NCBI RefSeq assembly: GCF_006345805.1
Contig: NC_043004.1
Span: 8,184,001 to 8,248,000, forward strand
Direction: 5' to 3'
From: Octopus sinensis
Lineage: Eukaryota
Length of the DNA: 64,000 nt
In this document: in pieces, positions 1 through 12,600 of the stretch
How the letters are laid out: each line of letters starts with the position of its first letter
Position numbering within the stretch: the first letter of the stretch is position 1
Position numbers and translations under genes: made by a program
Notes under the pieces: model-generated
What the model saw: only the letters and a program-made list of their open reading frames with translations
Told to the model about the DNA's origin: nothing
Database searches by the model: none

Positions 1-549
1 ACATTGTGTGTGTATATACATATATATATATATAATATAAGTGTATTTGTATATATATATATATATATATATACATACATACATACATATATATACATAT
101 ATAAAACAGCAATCTCTCTCTCAATATATACATTTATATACATGTAAGTGGGAGTGAGTGTATAAATACATGTATCTCTGTATGCATACACGACATAGCT
201 TATATGTAAATCTAAAAATCGCGGCCAGTAAGCCTCTGTCCTGCTCTGTAAGTTTATAAATCAGACCAATCGCATCTCTATCATCAACTGCCATTTACAT
301 TCTCTGCTGTCATAAAATTCTTGGTGGCATAGACTCTGTTGGTAAATTGATATTATCTACTGAACTAATAATGGCCACAATCTTTTCCAAAACTCGGAAA
401 GAACAGCAACCATGGTGTTGCCTTCCAAATCAATGTATACCTTTTTCCCCACCCCTTTTCTATTCTATCTATCTATCTATCTATCTATCTATAGATAGAC
501 AGATAAATAGATAGATAGATAGATAGATAGATAAGATGGATGGATAGAT

Positions 550-588
<39 letters not shown>

Positions 589-718
589 CAGACAGACGGA
601 CAGACAGATACATATACAGATATCTATCTATCTGTATATGTATCTGTCTGTCTGTCTGTCTGTCTGTCTTTCTCTCTCTCTCTATCTATCTATCTATCTG
701 TCTATCTATCCATCCATC

Positions 719-770
<52 letters not shown>

Positions 771-1043
771 TTATCTGTCTATCTCACACACGTACATACA
801 TACATACACCCTCCACACACACACACACACGTACATACATACACCCTCCATACACACACACAATTGGGACAAATAAGTATAAGTGGATTTGTGTGTTTAA
901 ATGTTGAGTAGGGAGGGCACGGGTGCAGTTTAGGCTCCCTGTTGTCATCCGCAGTTGTGGTACACTTCCGTTGGATCTACTTCAGGAACTCCGCAATGAC
1001 ATATAACAACACTAAAAATCTCTAGCGAGACATCTTTATCAAT

Positions 1044-1082
1044 ATACCTGAAGAGAACCAGATGGGTCGAAACATGTTGTAT
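1044..1082 (+). ncRNA. Minimal type-I hammerhead ribozyme (PLE pLTR type)
   Basis: ATAC-CTGAAGA-GAACC agat GGGTC-GAAAC AT GTT-GTAT: stem I ATAC/GTAT, intact core, stem II with one mismatch, palindromic stem III (ACATGT); AATAAA follows at 1085-1090. Confidence 0.75.
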
Positions 1083-1230
1083 CTAATAAACGTCTGATAC
1101 GAAATCCATCTCCTACTATCAACTAATACTATATATATATGTATAAAATTTAAAATAATAAGGGTGAAAAATTGAATATTAATCTGATTAATATCAATTT
1201 AAATCCAGTGGTCTAGCATATAAAAACCCA

Positions 1231-1578
1231 TATACTCTTTTACTCTTTTACTTGTTTCAGTCATTTGACTGCGGCCATGCTGGAGCACCGCCTTTAGTCG
1301 AACAAATCAACCCCAGGACTTATTATTTGTAAGCCTAGTACTTATTCTATCTGTCTCTGTTGCCGAACGGGTAAGTTACGGTAACAGTCACACAAACATA
1401 TATAAATACATAAATACGACGGGCTTCTTTCAGTTTCCGTCTACCAAATCCACTCACAAGGCTTTGGTCGGCCCGAGGTTATAGTAGAAGACACTTGCCC
1501 AAGGTGCCTCGCAGTGGGACTGAACCCGTAACCATGTGGTTGGTTAGCAAGCTAGTTACCACACAGCCACTCCTACAC
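1231..1578 (-). mobile_element. tRNA-derived SINE, family B
   Basis: Minus-strand head with A box (TGGCTGTGTGG) and B box (GGTTCAGTCC); homologous to 11710-12120; tail ...gactgaaacaagtaaaagagta. Confidence 0.85.
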
Positions 1579-2082
1579 CTATATACATATGAGTGGACAG
1601 ACGGACGAAAGTGACACTCAACACATTTAGTAAGAGTTATATATATCATTTAATAACTGTTTGACTCAGCTTCATTCACTTAAATTTTCGTAGCTTCGTA
1701 GAACGAACCTATGTCGTCACGCCTGAACAGCACGCGGGATTACTTATTCGCGGTGTTATCTAACATCAGGTTTTAGTATCGAGTACGAAACTGGTTGTTA
1801 AGATCAACTGTAATGGAACTATAATACTAAATACTCTAGCCCTAACCCATTCTATTGACAAATATGCGAGTTTATAGTTTTTCTGACTTAAGGATTCTCA
1901 GATGTCTACACACACACACACAACACACACACACACACGCACACACGCACACGTACGCACACGCACGCACACACACACACAGCTAGGCACGTACGAACGC
2001 ATGTACGCACCCACACATACACACGATTGCACACACGTACGCACTCACATACACACGCACGTACACACACACACAAGTACGT

Positions 2083-2139
<57 letters not shown>

Positions 2140-2154
2140 ACACTCACACACACA

Positions 2155-2440
2155 CGTACCTGGGCACTCCGACCGTTATAACGACGAGTGTTTCAGTTGA
2201 TTCGATTAGCGAAACAGCTTGTGAAATATTCATGCACGTGGGTGTGCACTGCACGGACACGCGCTCCCTTGAGGTAATTCTTAGCGAGATTCAGCGAGAC
2301 ACATGCTGTGACAAAGCTGGCCCTTTGAAATACAGATGGCTGGGCTGAAGCACCGGGAAATGAAGGATCTTACACAAGAACACAACGCGCCAGCAGTAAT
2401 TGAACTCACGACCTTGCGATCGTCACCCGAATACCCTAAG
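2155..2440 (-). mobile_element. tRNA-derived SINE, family C-related (diverged)
   Basis: Shares caagaacacaacgc...ttgaactcacgacc with copies at 12.5 kb and 58.1 kb. Confidence 0.6.
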
Positions 2441-2631
2441 TGAGTATGAAATGTACCGCACTTTGATGATTGTTTAGCAAGCCGAAACTTCGAAGTCATT
2501 ATCAATACAATTCTTTCTATAGAATTATATACGTACATGCATAATAATAGAATAATATACGTACACACACATACACGTACACACACATAATACATACAAG
2601 CATACATACATATAAGTGTTTGTATTTGCGA

Positions 2632-2679
<48 letters not shown>

Positions 2680-4189
2680 GTGAAGAACTTTGAGGCCATA
2701 AAATATCTTTCCAAAGAAACCCTTAACGCAAAATATGACACGAAAATAGATCAAATACTTTTTTGTCAGAGACAATGCAATCCCACGAACCGCATTTCGT
2801 AAGATGCTGCAATGATGGTGGTCGGTTGAGATGGTCAACTCATTTCATATGCAAGATCTTCATCAGAAATTCGGCACAACAGAAACGAAAAGTCTCTTGA
2901 CTCCCAGGAGATGTAACTGGAGTTAAAGAACGGCATTGTTGGATTTATTAATGCAATTGTCAGCGATTCGGCATCGGCGTTTCCAAAGGCGCAGTCTTCT
3001 GTGACGCGCCCGCTCTCTCTCCCCCATTTCTCCCTAAAATGTTTCTTGTAGAACGATGGGAACAATGTTAGAAGCCCCCCTCTCTCTCTTCAATACTCTA
3101 CACTTATCTCTCGTATTTTATTCCTTGATGAATCGTTCAATAGTTTAATGTTAACAGGAGAGCCACTGGAGATCACCTATGATCTTTTCTTTCCTTCCAA
3201 GTACTCTTCACACGTTTGCATATATATTATTATATATATATATATAATATATATATATATGTATATATACGCATATTATATATATTATATATACACATAT
3301 ACACACACACACATACACGTATATACGCTCAAACGCATATGCATCATGGGAGTTACCCTAGATCCTCCATGATCTTTTCTTTCCAAGTATTATTCTCACA
3401 TTTCTATACTTGTGTGTGTATATATACACACACACACACATGCATATACATCGTGAGGTTCGTTACTCTAGATCACTTATGATCTGTTCACACACACACA
3501 CTCACAGACACACACATATACACAAATATACACACACACACTCAAAATATAGAAAATATACACATCAGTTTTGAGGTGCATCGTGGGGATTCCCCCCTGT
3601 ACCACGTATTTCATGCGGAATATACTGTTTGATGTGATGAGCCACCATATGCAACAACCCGTAATCACAAGAGTTTGCTTTCGATTCGGAGCTTTCCGGC
3701 AGCCATGATAGAAGCGAGATAGGTTAAACTGGTACTTAAATAAAGCTCGTTGAATTAAAACAATGTTGCCTAACTCAAATTGCTCCAAACCCCAACCAAA
3801 GGCGAACAGTGTGGTGCGAAACCTTACAAACTCGACCATCTTTCTTCTTCATACAAAATATTTCCAACAGACGAAGGAGCTTCAGTGAGGTCGTTCGACC
3901 ATATAAAAATAGTAGCGAAATTTGTTAAAGTCAATACCCATCGACTTACAAACGTGGAAGACTCGTTTGATAGCCTTAAAAAAAGAGATAGTCACGACTG
4001 GAAGTCCTTTTATCATAGGTCTGTTCGATCGTGGTTAATCTGAAGATTAACAACACGTACACAATAGAAGACATTCAGAACAGCAACAATATTTTTAACA
4101 TCGACAGAAGGTTTCTAATTAGACGGGATTTTATCGAATACAGATTACACACGGTCTATATATGCATGCATGTATAGGCACACACACAC

Positions 4190-4446
4190 TCTGACCCACC
4201 CACATACGCACAAACAAACAAAGGGGAACGCAGTGTAAATATCCGACAGAGTCAAAACTATTGAAAAGGTTGCAACACGCAACGAAAATTTTAGGAAAAT
4301 AAAAATAAGAAAAAAGTGGAAATTTTACCGGTGAGTGTTAAATAACAAGGCACAAAAAGAAAATGACTCTCCCCAGACACAACAGAATATGCTTCAACAC
4401 TCGAACTCATATAAATAATCTTGCAAACCAAATCCAAAACAAACGA
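4190..4446 (+). mobile_element. Non-autonomous PLE-type terminal repeat carrying a U3-A8 hammerhead (4258-4294)
   Basis: Closely matches 34808-34999 and the reverse complement of 34217-34455; contains CTA-TTGAAAA-G-GTTGC aacac GCAAC-GAAAATTT-TAG; ends in (TA)n. Confidence 0.7.
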
Positions 4447-5034
<588 letters not shown>

Positions 5035-5452
5035 AACACGTATATGTGCATGTGAATGTGTGTATATGTTTGTTTATAGTTTATGAAATAATCCCTATTC
5101 CACTTGAGGTAAATTAAACAGCAGGAAAAATAGTGTTAAATGTCTTCTGAAAATGTTCGCTTCCTTCCTGGATCTGATTGCTTCATTGAAAGAAAGCGAC
5201 AATACAGGTTGTATGCATGTGTACGCTTATCAAGCGATCACGTGTCTGTGTGCATATGGACACATACAAAGAATTATTTCAAGATATATATAAACATAGG
5301 TATGTTAAGAAGCTTGTTTTGCTACTACGTGGTTTTGGTTTCAGTCCCACTGCGCGGCTCCTTCGGCAAGTGACTTCTACTCTTCTCTGGGCCGACGATG
5401 CCTTCGGAGTTGATTTCTTACACGGAAATTTCAGGCTCTATCTATCTATCTA

Positions 5453-5524
<72 letters not shown>

Positions 5525-5723
5525 CCCCCCCAAAAAAAAAACAAAGAAAAACACAAGAAGAAAACAACAACGCGAGAACGTGGTACATGCAAAATATTAA
5601 AAGACGCTCAGGGAAGGAAAAAATGATTGTTTAACAATTCGAGCAAAACTCTTCTTCAAAAACAGGAGAGATAGGAAAGATCTAGAGAAAAAGAAGACGA
5701 AGGATAAATCTCCAACAATCGAC

Positions 5724-5758
<35 letters not shown>

Positions 5759-6075
5759 GTATACACGTACATAGTATTCTATTATGTATTCGTGAAAGCT
5801 TGAGGCCCTTGAAATTGCTTAATCTTCGTAGGTCGTTACTCAAAGCAATGGAAAATCTGTTTGTGTCACGAGCCACCCTCCTGGATCTAAATACACTGTG
5901 TTATAAGATAAAGTATCGCAAATGTTATATTTTAAGCAAGCTTTGTATCAAGTGGCTCCGCTGTAATGTGATTCTGTAGGAAATACTGGTGTTTCTGTAG
6001 GAAATGAACATCGCATGCACTCCCATACGAGTCAATCTACAGAAGATGGAAGGGCAATGACATTGGTTTTCTGGA

Positions 6076-6870
6076 TAGACTGGCCCAGGAAGAATTGCAA
6101 TTCCTGAATCAAAATCAGTGCGTGACCTGGGCATTGACATGAGCAATGATGCATCTTTCCAAGTGCATATTGCCAATTTGCCAAAATGCAGACGGCTAGC
6201 TGGATTGATCCTCTGAACTTTCAGAACAAAAGAGAAGGAGACACTGATGTTCCTTTGGAGGACATTCGTCCTCAGGCGCTTGGACTACTGCTCCCAACTA
6301 TGGTCACCACACAATATAAAGTTAACAGCAGAACTCAAAGCAATCCAACGAAGCTACACTAAGAAGATCGTCTCAATGCAACATATCAGCTACTAGGAAA
6401 GAGTGAAAATATTAAAACTCTTCTCCCTGGAGCGAAGGCGTGAGAGATATGCAGTGATATAAATCTGGAAAATCTTGGAGGGCCTTGTTCAGAATTTTGG
6501 CATTGAAAGTTACCCCAACAGCAGAACAGGACGCCACTGCATGGTGTCAAAGATCCCAACATCACCATCAAAATACAGGACCAGATACTGCAACAGCTTG
6601 GGTTTCAGGGGACCACAGCTCTTTAATATCCTTCCTAAATGCCTGAGAGACCTGCATGGTATGGATGTGGGTTTCTTTAAAACTAAACTGGATCTCTACT
6701 TGTCAGGGGTTCCTGATGAACCTACATCTAGGCAGGAAACACAGATGCGGGCAGCAGTGTTGAACTCCCTTGTTGAGCAAGTGCCACGTATCAGAGGTGG
6801 TTTCACATAGTAGTGTAGCACATTCAACTGTGGTGCCCCAGCATGGCCGAAGCTTTCAGGCTGAAGCATT
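6076..6870 (+). mobile_element. 5'-truncated CR1/L2-group LINE (RT C-terminal region plus 3' UTR), decayed
   Basis: Translates to VRDLGIDMSNDASF...LDYCSQLWSP...LFSLERRRERY...GPQLFNILP...FKTKLDLYL with in-frame stops and frameshifts. Confidence 0.85.
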
Positions 6871-7828
6871 TTTAAGGATTTAAGAGTTTAAGGATATAGG
6901 TTAGTTTTGCGCCTTTAATAAGTTTAGAGTAAAAGTTCAGTCTGATGACTGCAAAATGTCTGTTGCAGTTCAGCTGCATAACTAAATTGATACGTATGTT
7001 GTGCCTGCTTTTATGGGCGTGCGCGTGGGTATTTGTGTGTGTGTCTATATGAGTGTGTGTGCTTGTGTGTGTGTATGTGTGAGTGTGTATACAAGAGATC
7101 CCAATTAGTACATCTACCCGAGAGATAGGAAAAAAGGAAATACTTGTTACTCGGTGAAAGACTTGGAAGCTACACATTCACGACAAAAGTTAATAAAGTT
7201 AAAATGATTAATTAAAATTAACAAACACCTACAACAATTTTGTTTCTGCTTGAAGAATTAACGCGATGTAAAATATGTCCATGACTTATCTTGTTTAGAA
7301 AGGAAACCAAGAATTAAACATTAAATTTGATTCGTTTTTTTTTCTTTCTTTGTTTATAGCAGGGAAAAGAAGAGAGAGTGAGAGAGGGAGAGGGGAGAGG
7401 ATGAGAGAGAGAGAGAGAGAGGGGAGAGGATGAGAGAGAGGGGAGAGGATGAGATAGAGAGAGAATGAGAGAGACGGGGTTCGGCTGAGTGAAATCTTAA
7501 TTACAAATATGTTTGTCGTAGTTTCCGTTATTGTCGAAGAGTCTCCTGGAAGAGCCTACGGCGCTGCAGTGTCGCCGTTGATTTCGTTAACGTTCTGCAT
7601 GACGATATGGAGGCAGTGATTTTTGCCTAATAGATGGCGCTATGTTATTTATCGCTGAGCAAGGCAGTAAGCAACGGAAGTGAGAATTGTAGTTTTGATG
7701 CCATGTCCTCTTTCAGAACATAACGCTCTAAACCATAGAAAACAGTGAGACGAATTGCTGGGACAGTGTTTTTTTTTAAAAAAACTTTTCTTTTAACTTT
7801 TCCAAAATTTAATTGTTTTCCATACTTA

Positions 7829-7864
7829 CAGTTGAAAAAGTCTCAATGACTGAAACCAGTACTG
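7829..7864 (+). ncRNA. Type-I hammerhead with U3-A8 core in the 5' pLTR
   Basis: CAG-TTGAAAA-AGTC tcaat GACT-GAAAC CA GTA-CTG: stem I CAG/CTG, perfect 4-bp stem II, GUA cleavage triplet. Confidence 0.75.
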
Positions 7865-7982
7865 AAATGTTTTTTATAAAATTATTTCAGCATTTTCTAC
7901 CTTGACTTCTTTTCCATATATATCAACTCGTGTGTTCCTTTTCAACCTTCTACATATCATTATCCCACCCGAGATACATGAA

Positions 7983-9184
7983 ATGCCAACAAAAACAGAC
8001 ACAATCACTTCCATAAATGAAGAAATACTGAAAGAACTCAAGAAAATTAACACAAATCTGTTAACGTTATTGAACAAATTTATGAACCCAATCGAGAGAA
8101 TAATGAGGAAATCGATATGAAAAATACAACCTCCGAAATCGTTGAAAACCTTGGAAACTTATGCGAAAAAATTAGAACATTTTTCTCTAACAACGCGAAT
8201 CAAGGACCTCCAAACGAGACAGCATATAGGATCAATACTCCCACAATATACCAAATGAAACACCACATAGTACCACAATGGAACAAACCACTCAGAGATA
8301 GAAAGTTCGCCTTTTGGAAGTTGATCCAAAGCAACAACAAAGCGGATGTATACGAAAAATGGCTGAATCGGATACCGTTAATTCTCCCACGTAAACTCCA
8401 GATCAAAACCATTACAGATGAACCTGAAACACAAAGACGCCTCAGTGAAAGAATGGCACCGGAAAAAATGAAAATGGAAATAAAACTTCTAAAATTGAAG
8501 GCCCAGACGAATGAAGATAAAGTAAAATCCATCGATGAAGAGATTAACCAAAAAATTAGCAAAATGACCCAAGGCCCCGATCCAAAGAAGATCTCCAAAC
8601 TATGGAAAGAGGATTGTGATAAAGAAGAACTGAAATCCCTCCATGCTGGGAGAAAAGCGCCTCTTGGTTCTTAAACTATAAAACCATCTTTAAAACAGGG
8701 CACGCTTCTAACAACCCTTTCCTGAAAATAAGAAAAACAAAACAACACTCAAACACTGATTCACACCTGTCTAAAAATCGGAACCATCAACCCTACTAAA
8801 AACAGAATACAGGAATACTTTGTAAGCCACCATCGATACAATATCTTCAAACAGACAAAGGTAGAATCACTACCCGCAGGATAGACGCTGCAACCTCTTT
8901 CCCCAATAAGGAGTTACCAACGAAATTTTCGTTCCAACAATCTACTAAACAACCATGCACAACAAACCCGTACCACACGCAATAATTACCAACGATGGCC
9001 CCCTAAAACACGACATCCGAACATGGGATATCGGGACACACTTTTCAATACCGTTCCAAGAACCCAGACCATAAATCCCAACACAGCATCCCGCATCAGT
9101 AAGGAACAACTGCATAATAGCTACCGTCCCAACCACTGCAATCATTTTTTAGACTCAATACGCAGACACAGAGACACGAGATAG
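7983..9184 (+). pseudogene. Decayed PLE ORF1 (coiled-coil-like N/central part, N/Q/R-rich tail)
   Basis: ATG at 7983 (MPTKTDTITSINEEILKELKK), continues via 8117-8640 and WEKSASWFLNYK after frameshifts; last segment open 8885-9184 ending NHFLDSIRRHRDTR*. Confidence 0.6.
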
Positions 9185-10505
9185 CACCAAACAGACAGGA
9201 AGAACCAAAAGTGATAAAAATTATAAATCTAACTCACAAAGAACTAACAGCAAACCAAATCAATATACACTTCAAAGGGCTCAAGTTTACACCCACCCCA
9301 CAACGCCCCAACTACAATGAAATGAAAGAAAACATCGCGGAATTCTGTAGAAAATTACGACTCGCTGAGGAGCTATACGACAAACTAGGACGAATCGTTG
9401 GTCCGAAATAGAACTAACTACACTCCCTCAAAAGGTAAGAACAAAACTCTTGACCATTTCTGTGAATACATCTCGAATTACTCATATCAACATATGCACA
9501 AACAAAAACACAAACCAAACTTCAGCAAAAAAGATGAACAAATTAAAAGATGACAAAACAATAACAATCAAAGAGGCTGATAAAGAGAGCGCAGTTGTCT
9601 TAATGGACACGGTATACTATATAACTTTAGTACTATCCATATTAGAAGAACCAACATATTATGAAAAGGCCCAAGACTGCAGTCAGCAGAAAATAATCAG
9701 AGACCTAAAATCCATGTTAAACCTATACAAACGGGCTCACCGACAAAGAATATGACTATATGACCAATTTCAAAAGTAAAACCCAGTCAATTCTACGGTA
9801 TTCCCAAGATACACAAAAGCGAGAAAATAAGCAACGCATGCAGCATAGCCACAGACATAGTAATCAAAGTCCCTACTCCTAATGACCTCAAATTGAGACC
9901 TATAATAGCAGTCCCGCATGCGAAACCCACCGCCTCAGTAACTTTTTAGATACCCTATTAAAACCATTCCTTAAGCATGTCAAAAGTTACATAAGGGACC
10001 ACCTGGATATGCTCAATCACCTTCCTGAAACTATAAACAAAAACACCCTACTAGCATCCTTCGATGTAGTCAACCTCTATTCCAATATCCCCCACAACCT
10101 TGGAATAGAGACAATTCAATTCTGGCTAGAGAATCACGCCAACGAACTTCCACTTCGCATCAAAAAAGAATTCGTGATAGAAGGGATAAAATTCATCTTG
10201 GAGAATAACTACTACGTCTTCAAAGGCAACTTCTATCGACAAAAATCGGGGACTGATGGGTACGAGAATGGCCCCCTCCTTTGCTGACCTAGTCATGGGA
10301 TATCTAGAAATTAGTCTTTATCGTAAGGTTCTTGAAACATACGGAAGCCCATTCTCCCTCTACATAGAAAATAACTGGAAGAGATACCCGGATGACTGTT
10401 CCATTCTTTGGCATGAAAGTATAGAGAGACTTATAATTTCAAGTAATTATAAATGGACTTGACGTAAACATTCAATTCACGATGGAATACAGCCATCAAC
10501 AACTT
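9151..10505 (+). pseudogene. PLE reverse transcriptase, frameshifted
   Basis: IINLT..LT...KGLKFTPTP; ITIKEADKESAVVLMD; FYGIPKIHK; LRPII; ASFDVVNLYSNIP; FILENNY..F....YRQKSGT/MGTRMAPSFA; WKRYPDD; IQFTME. Confidence 0.9.
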
Positions 10506-10519
10506 TACATTAGCAAAAA

Positions 10520-10860
10520 TACCTTAATAGAACATGTAAGCAATAACATGAAGTATTTAAACATCGATCAAATATCTTTTGAAAATGTCATCCGAGAAAG
10601 AACGATTTACGTTGGACTTTCCATTCTTATTTTTAGGAATATGTTTCGCCCATTCATTACCAATGAAGTCGGATACAATGACAACAAATAACAAAGAAAA
10701 CGCCCGGTAGAGCCTCTTACAATCTCTCAACATAGGAGACACATTTATGTGTATGACATAAAGATGGCGGATATAGCTGTTGAGATGGCATTTTCCAATA
10801 ACCAAATTTTACAAATTGAAAACACTTAAGAAATTTTGGGTCTCCTAAAACTTGAACTCA
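10520..10860. repeat. Diverged repeat of unknown family, homologous to 12915-13240
   Basis: Collinear shared blocks gcaataac..gaagtattt.aacatc; catccga; ctttcc.ttc; tcgcccatt; cacat.tatgtgtatgac.taaag. Confidence 0.6.
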
Positions 10861-11556
10861 TATTTTCCTGCTCTCTGTCTCTCAGTTTCTTTCTCTAACA
10901 CTCATCGTCTTGGAAGTGTATTCACCTCTGATTTGGGTTGAACCTACATTCCTGTTCATACATTCAATATGTACGTCATACCCTGTTCTCACGGAACAGA
11001 ATATTAGCAAAAACTGTTCATTTTATACACACACACACACACACACGTATGTACACACAGACACGAACACAAGCATACACTCATACGCACTCACTCATCT
11101 GCACATACGAACGCATGCATACACATTCACATGCAGAGCGTGTATAACATTTTATATATAAAATGACTATGAGATAGAAAACGAAAAAATCGAATAAAGG
11201 AGAGTTTAGTATTCTGGCAGTGAACAACCCCGCTGTGCCGAGATACGAACCGCGTTCGTGTGAGTTTCATGTCCAAAGATTCTACAGAGACTACGTTCTC
11301 GTGAGTCACAATATCTCAAAGAATTAAACTAATCATTCCTCATGCTCAGTTACAATTTAAAGTATGAAGCCATATGACCAACCCGTCTGAGATAATTAAC
11401 CAGCAATCGGACTCTCCGAAGTAGCTTCGTTCAAATGTTTTGAGCGCAGTTAAAAAACAGAAGCAGGCATTTTTACAGAAAGGTACAGAAGCCGTTGTTG
11501 CAAGCAGCAAACGTGAAACGAGCACAAAGCTGAAGGGTACATGTTCAGATCCAATG

Positions 11557-11597
<41 letters not shown>

Positions 11598-11709
11598 TGA
11601 AAAACCATTGGTAGCCTTATCAACTCGCAATGAAAATACATTTATCCACCAGTGCAGAGTTGAGCGCACATTCTCACTGTTCAATATATGAGCGTGTGCA
11701 TATATATGT

Positions 11710-12120
11710 TCTTTTACTTGTTTCAGTCATTTGACTGCGGCTATGCTGGAGCATCGCCTTTAGTCGAGGAAATCGGCCTCAGGACTTGATCTTTGTAAAC
11801 CTAGTACTTATTCTATCAATATCATTTGCCGAACCAGTAGGTTACGGCGACGTAAACACACCAACATCGGTTGTAAAACGATGGTGGTGGGGGGACAAGC
11901 ACAGACACACAAAAATTACCACACTCACACACACTCACTGATACATACACACATACAAATATATACGACGGGCTTCTTTCAGTTTCCGTCTACGAAATCT
12001 ACTCAGAAAGCTTTGGTCAGCCAGAGGCTATAGTAAAAGACACTTGCCCAAGATGCCACACAGTGGAACTGAACCTGGAATTATGTGGTTGGTAAGCAAG
12101 CTACATACCACACAGTCACT
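11710..12120 (-). mobile_element. SINE family B copy
   Basis: Homologous to 1231-1578, with internal CA-rich segment. Confidence 0.85.
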
Positions 12121-12296
12121 ATATATATATATATATTATATATATATATATATATCCATAAAATTTAAAGACGACAGAAACTTGAGATAATATTGACTCA
12201 CAACAATTGACTCACAATTTATGAGCATAATATACCTGCATCTGTATGTCTATATTTTAACATAAGTAATTATACTGGTAGATATATATATATATA

Positions 12297-12600
12297 TGCT
12301 GAGATCCCCTTCGGTCATGACTGACCGTGGGATTGCACCTAGAAAGTTACCCTCCCAGGCACAAGTCCGGGCAAGGTTGTTTATGGAAGACCAGCAGTCG
12401 CCCATGTATACCGGCCACCAGTGTTATCCGAGGGAAAGGCAACGGCCGATACAGCTTGGTACCTGTGACGTCGCAACTCATTTCTACAGCTGAGTGAACT
12501 GGAGCAACGTGAAATAAAGTGTTTTGCTCGAGAACACAACAGGCAGCCCGGTCCGGGATTCGAACTCACAACCTCACGATCGTAAGTTCGACGCTCTAAC
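12297..12600 (-). mobile_element. tRNA-derived SINE family C
   Basis: Minus-strand B box GAGTTCGAATCCC; body acgtgaaat.aagtg shared with 58.1 kb copy. Confidence 0.75.

Larger units (their letters stand above)
7790..10505 (+). mobile_element. Penelope-like element (Neptune-like RT), 3'-truncated before the GIY-YIG domain
   Basis: 5' HHR, upstream ORF, then PLE RT motifs; 5' boundary approximate. Confidence 0.85.

Noticed and set aside
2690-4060. Complex segments with 76-185 aa ORFs
   Set aside because: No recognisable motifs and the longer ORFs run into microsatellites; probably old TE debris
6942-6975. CTGATGA followed by a ctgcaa/ttgcag hairpin
   Set aside because: No GAAA after the stem, so not a hammerhead
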